The position numbers and the translations under genes are program-made. Below the pieces are notes generated by a model that made no database searches, had not been told where the DNA came from, and saw only the letters and a list, made by a program, of their open reading frames with translations. Below, piece after piece: positions 58,303 through 64,000 of a DNA stretch of 64,000 nucleotides. The stretch comes from the human T2T-CHM13v2.0 reference genome, Homo sapiens. Location: NCBI RefSeq assembly GCF_009914755.1, contig NC_060940.1. The stretch is one strand, 5' to 3'. Each line of letters begins with the position of its first letter. Position 1 is the stretch's first letter.

Positions 58303-59343
58303 CATGTCAGGTGCTTTCTACTCTGTCCTCCAACCATCTTGTGTTCATGTCCCTATTACAGCACCCACCGTGTGCCTCTTCATGCATACTTTCCTTGACA
58401 TTCTGTGAACCTGTCGAGCACAGAGATCTCATAGACTTCTTCTCTTTATCCCCCAGGACCTAACATAGGGCCCGTTGCCCAGAGAATACCCAGTAACTAT
58501 TTGCTGAATTGAATTCACTGGCTTTTTCCTATGGAGTAAAGCTCCATGAATTCATTCGAGGTAGGACCAAGCATCATGGCAAAAGTGTAGGTTTGGTGTC
58601 AGACATGCATAGGTTTGAATCCTGATTTGGTCAGTCACTAGTTCTGAGACTTTGGGATAAAATGATCTTCCTGAGGCCCAGCAATGGCATATGTTCTGAG
58701 TACCAGCACATGGCTTTTCTACAGAATAAACCACAGGTAAGACAGAAGTGCAGAAGAAGAGCACCTAAGCAGGGGTAGGTGCAGGAAAAGCTTCCAAGGG
58801 GTACCCATGAGCTGAGGTGTTAGAACAGATGTTATATATGATAATTAGTGGAGGGGTTAGAGTCCTGCTTCTTCCTTCTTCCAGTTCCCGAGTCCTTCCT
58901 ATGCTGTGTTTTGCTCCTTCTTATGGGCCTAATGTCCCTAAGCCTTATTCTTTCTCTTGTGGGACAAAACCATTGCTAATACACCATGTTTCTGCCCAAA
59001 TTCCTCTTATGCCAAACCTTCTCTGATGTCCCTGAAGCCCCCTAGTGGCTCCTGCTATACAGCCCTGTGATGGCCCGGCAAAATGCTCATCATGACCTTC
59101 CCTGTTCTCTGCTGGAACTCAGTTGTCTGCTCCCTGCAATATTCCATCAAATGCAAGAGGCAGACATCCCCCACCTCGCCCCCACAACGCCCACCCCGCC
59201 CCCGTACCCCACTTCTTTTCTTGAACTGTGTCGACAGTCATAACAGGGTCCTGGTTACCAGCCTGTATTTGAGAAGCATGTGTTTCAAGGAGGGGCATCC
59301 GGTTGCCTGGCCCTTCCTGCAGGGGACCAGGAAGCGCCCTTAC

Positions 59344-59595
59344 CCAGGAGAATGACGATGCAGGCGAGGATGGCGATCAGGGCGCCTGTGCTCAGGCCGG
59401 CGTTCAGAATGTAGGCCTCTGCGTTGCAGGAGAGCAGTGCCCCGTTCACGTCGCACCCGCAGACTTTGATGGTGAGGGTGTTGGTGCTACTCATGGGCGG
59501 GATGCCGCCATCGCTGATCACTATGGGCAGAAGGTACAAGTCCTGCTTCTGCCGACTGAACCCTCCACGCCGGGCGTACACGCCTGCTGTGTTAT
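59344..59595 (-). CDS. CDH11: CDH11 penultimate coding exon (252 nt): C-terminal part of EC5 and most of the transmembrane helix
   Basis: Translation (D)[48 protein letters not shown]...[19 protein letters not shown]. Acceptor ctctttctgcAG at 59597-59596 and donor G|GTAAGG at 59343. Phase 1/1; joins in frame to 56676. Confidence 0.97.
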
Positions 59596-59829
59596 CTGCA
59601 GAAAGAGGGGAGACAGGCCGTGCGCCCAGTCAAGACCATTGGAATCACAGCGGCTCTCTGCTCGGCAGATTTGAGGGCACTCTCTTATCATAAAGGTTAA
59701 CCGCCAGAATCGTTCTTACTTGTTCTTTCATCTAAGTATCTGCGGAAGCCACAGCCGTTTGGCATGATCACGAAACAAGCTATCTGCATTTTGGAATAAA
59801 TCTCAGAAACAGGCTCTTTGGATTTGGTA

Positions 59830-60116
59830 GGGAATTTCCATTGAAGAATGGGCAAGAGCAAAGCAGAAAATGATGTGGCCGGCTTGCCAGTGAAGGGATT
59901 TCCCCCAACACCCTCAGCCACCCGGTTAAACATGTCATTCCTCCTGCTTAGAATGATTTGAAGTTTGTTGCTCACATGACCCAGCGCACTTCTGCCTGCA
60001 TAGTGGACGATCAGATATTATTTCCCTAACCTAGACTTCACTTTGCTTTCCAGGCTCACACCCTACGTTTTCTCACCGAAAATGGTGCGGCAGGCTTGCC
60101 ACTGAAGGAAATTCCC
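59830..60116. promoter_or_regulatory. Three consensus NF-kB sites (candidate intronic enhancer)
   Basis: GGGAATTTCC at 59830-59839, GGGATTTCCC at 59895-59904 and GGAAATTCCC at 60107-60116 all fit GGGRNYYYCC. Function is untested. Confidence 0.45.
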
Positions 60117-60610
60117 TTTAAAGGCAAGCCTGTCACACCATTTTCTGCTGGGCTATTAGCTTCAGCAATCTACTCTATGTTAGCACACGAAATATTAATA
60201 ATTAAATATTCAAGTGTGTGTGAGAAAAAGTTTTTTCCTATGTGCAGACTTCCTACTTTATGACAAGGGTTTAGCCAATTTTTGTTTGTATATATTTTTA
60301 AAAAAGAAATTCCAAGTCCACCTTCAAACCTTATGCAAACTATGAATCCACTCATTAGTCATGTAAATATACATGCTTTAAAGAGAGGAACTATTTTATA
60401 ACCCTTGCAGGAGATTTATGGTTTCTTTAAAACCCCAACACCATCAGCCACCCAATTAAACATGTCACTCCTCCTGCTTAGAATGATTTGAAGTTTGTTG
60501 CTCACATAACAAAACACAGCGCACCTCTGCCAGCATGGTGGAGGATCAGATATTATTTCCCTAACCTAGATTTCACCTTGCTTCCCAGGCTCACCTCCTA
60601 CTTTTTCCAC
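59866..60610. repeat. Complex local duplication plus palindrome
   Basis: 59866-59904 resembles 60078-60116; 59903-60076 resembles 60433-60610; 60123-60145 is the inverse of 60078-60100. Confidence 0.92.
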
Positions 60611-60699
60611 ATGGACCAGTTCAGCCTGACATCAAGAATTCAGTTCTGTCCCCCAAGAATGCCACACTCTTCTGTGTGCCTGGTCTTTTTATCCACTAC

Positions 60700-61010
60700 T
60701 GTCTTGCTCAAAATAACTGTTCCTTTTATCATAACAGTTGTACTTCTCAGGCCTCAAAATATAATTCAAAAGTCATCTCTTCAGGGAGACCATCCAAGAC
60801 CTCTCCCATCATCTCTTGTGTGACCCACCACACTGTATATTTGTATAGAAATACATAACCTACTCTTCTGTCATGATTTGTTGACATAACCACTTTGACC
60901 TCTGTGGGACTGTGAACTTCTTGAGAATAGGGGATTTTTGTCTGATTCATCTCAGTCTCTCCAAGGCCAGAAACACAGCAGACATTCAATAAATATTTGT
61001 TGAACAAATG
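60700..61010 (+). mobile_element. L2 3' fragment
   Basis: gactgtgaacttcttgagaatagggattttt...cattcaataaatatttgttgaa. Confidence 0.78.
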
Positions 61011-61215
61011 GCATAACTGTGTTCTGGGAAGGATTTAACCAAAATTCCAGATGTTGGCTTTTCTGTATTTCCCAATCTTTTGTAGCCTCTGCCCCCAAAA
61101 TATTTCCTCATCATGTTTTCTCTACCAGCCTCAACTAATTTTCTAAGATTTATTTTCTAGTGGGAAAGCATTGGTATTATAAAACAGTAGAAATTTTTAA
61201 TATGTTCCATCAAAT

Positions 61216-61268
61216 TACACATACATGCATACACACATACACACACACATACACACACACACTCACAC
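61216..61268. repeat. Imperfect (CA)n microsatellite
   Basis: Direct reading. Confidence 0.9.
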
Positions 61269-61469
61269 TGAACTTCTGGTATGGTCTGCCTCTGTTTGTG
61301 GGTTAAGAATCAGAGTTTATAGCAATATGAATATTATGACTAGCATCATGGCCCAATAGCTGGTAGGCTTTAAATAGGTTGACAGGATTTTGAATTAGCT
61401 CCTGTAGTAGGGAAAAAAAATCTCAGAATTTCAAAATTATTTAATATATTTTAGGTTAAAGAAAATGTA

Positions 61470-61810
61470 TAATCTTCCCTTGGTATCTGCCGGGAATTGG
61501 TTATAGGACCCTCCCCTGAATACCAAAATCCAAGGATGTTCAAAGTCCTTATATACAATGGCACAGTCTTTGCATATAACCTACACACATTCTCCCATAT
61601 GTGTTAAATGATCTCTAAATTACTTATAATACCCAATACCATGTAACAGCCATGTAAATAGTTATGATACTGTAGTTTCAAATTTTGTATTATTTTGCAT
61701 TGTTGTATTACAATTTTTTGTTGTTTTCTGTTTTTCTCCCCAAATATATTTGATGTTTGGTTGGCTGAATTCACAAATGTGGAACCCATGAATATGGAAG
61801 GCCTACTACA
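61470..61810. mobile_element. MER2 (Tigger-family DNA transposon)
   Basis: cccttggtatctgccgggaattggttataggaccc...taccaaaatccaaggatgttcaaagtcc...gtggaacccatgaatatggaaggcc. Confidence 0.85.
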
Positions 61811-61825
61811 ATTTATTTTCCGTTA

Positions 61826-61890
61826 GATATCTATATCTATATATAGATATATATATATGTATGTATATACACACACATATATATATATAT
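61826..61890. repeat. (TA)n-rich microsatellite
   Basis: Direct reading. Confidence 0.9.
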
Positions 61891-63399
61891 GGCAGATTCA
61901 GTCTTATTTAGGGATGGGCAGAAATTCTGAATATTGCAGATGGTGAGGTTTTGTACTTTCTGGCTCTAGTAGACCTGATATGACCAATTCTCTGTCCTTC
62001 ACTGCCAACATTTCATCCAAAACAACACAGAACAGCCAGCCCTCAATTCTGTATTTTCTGAATTTTGTATGATTGGCATACATTTCTCTTATCACTGGGG
62101 AAAATTATAAAAACATTGCATATACTATGAAATAGGATGAAAAAAATAAAAGTAAGCTAGTCAAGTAAAATAGTAACTGAAAATGCAGTCACCTGACTAG
62201 GCTTTACACACCATTGTTCCATACTTAGCAATTACAATAAAAATTACATATCTATAATAAATTAATTCAAAATATATTTTCTCTTCTTGTATATGTTTTC
62301 ATAGTTAAATTAGACTCTCACAAATTGAAAGTTACAATATCTACTCCATTTTAATGATCTGAAATGTCCATGTCATCATGGATAAAAATGAATGTTAAAA
62401 ATTTAATTGAATTTCTAGGTCAAAGAAAACTCTTTGATATGGGTGACATGCCCAGCAGATGACTTGCTTGGTTTACACATTTGGTCCTACTCTGTTACCC
62501 ATAGTGTTATGGCTGGAGGGTATGGGAACAGAATATTTTTATTTTTATAAACTTGTGGAAGTCATAATTTAAAATCTATTCTTCAATGTGCCATCCAGGC
62601 AGACCTGCACTTCCAGATCACAGCAGGTTGGGTTATGGAGGAAGGTAATTGAAACTCAAACACCAATGGAAAACATGGATCTGGGCATGACATTGGCACA
62701 TGAATTCAAGATGTTTCATATTCTGAACAAGTGAGTCCTCTCCGACACACAGAAACCACTACGTAAAAGCTCATCAAAGCACCCAGCTGACCAAACCATT
62801 TAAAATCTCTGAGTGATAGATCAGTAGGATCGCAAGAACTTTTCAAACCTCTGCTATTAAAACATGCTTCACATATAGATTTTAAGCAGTTCAAGAAGTG
62901 GGAAAGAAATGGACTAAGGCTTTCTTCCTGGGTGAATACTAATTATCTGCTTTCAATTGGGTAACTTTTCCCATCTAGAGCCCCATTTGTTCATCTTTAA
63001 AATTAGGAGACTGATTGATAGCAAGCATGCCTCATGGGGTTGTTAAGCAACTAAATAACATGATAGAAATCAGTGTTTATCCTCTGTGCTGTGCTTCCAG
63101 AAGGCTCAGGGGATCCTTCTACCAGAAAACTTAACACACATTACTGAGATCCTCCAGGGCTGGTGAGCTGGTAAAGGTGAACACAGTGGGTAGGAGACGT
63201 GTCTAGCAGCCTGGTTTGGCATTTAGGTGGTCTGTGTTGCTTGAGTCAATAAAATATTCGCCCTTTAGATCCAGGTTGTTCCAGGACCAATGGGAGTGCG
63301 AGCCTTCTCTCAGAAGTGGCATTTCTGAGTGGCATTTCAGTATCACGGCCTGTCCTTCTTGTGATCCACTCTGATCACTGATCAAAAATAAGTCACTAT

Positions 63400-64000
<601 letters not shown>

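Noticed and set aside
60116-60433. Idea that block 59866-60077 is a spliced, retro-copied version of the downstream copy: on the minus strand the missing interval runs GT...AG and its removal reproduces the five-G junction
   Set aside because: The donor GTTTTA is very weak, there is no good pyrimidine tract, poly(A) or TSD, and an adjacent insertion is better explained by template switching. Junction reads would revive the idea.

Overview
Primate (human-type) genomic DNA, AT-rich and repeat-dense. The right-hand ~12 kb holds the 3' end of CDH11 (cadherin-11/OB-cadherin) on the minus strand: a 252-nt penultimate coding exon (59344-59595), a 179-nt frameshifting cassette exon (57186-57364) that produces the known truncated variant, the terminal coding exon (56180-56676) and a long 3' UTR with several AATAAA signals. 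The most distal of these lies in an L2 tail near 52350. The other ~52 kb is intergenic downstream flank made of Alu, L1, L2, MIR, MaLR/ERVL LTRs, DNA-transposon relics and microsatellites; I find no other credible coding gene. The most unusual unexplained structure is an intronic module at 59830-60610. It combines a ~68-bp near-perfect palindrome, three consensus NF-kB sites and a complex local duplication. Other notable items are a 470-bp pure-pyrimidine Alu tail with a 171-bp higher-order duplication and (GAA)18, and a ~6.5-kb transposon nest inside a split MLT2 LTR. Repeat subfamily names and the edges of old repeats are by eye and approximate. I found no prokaryote-style novel system.
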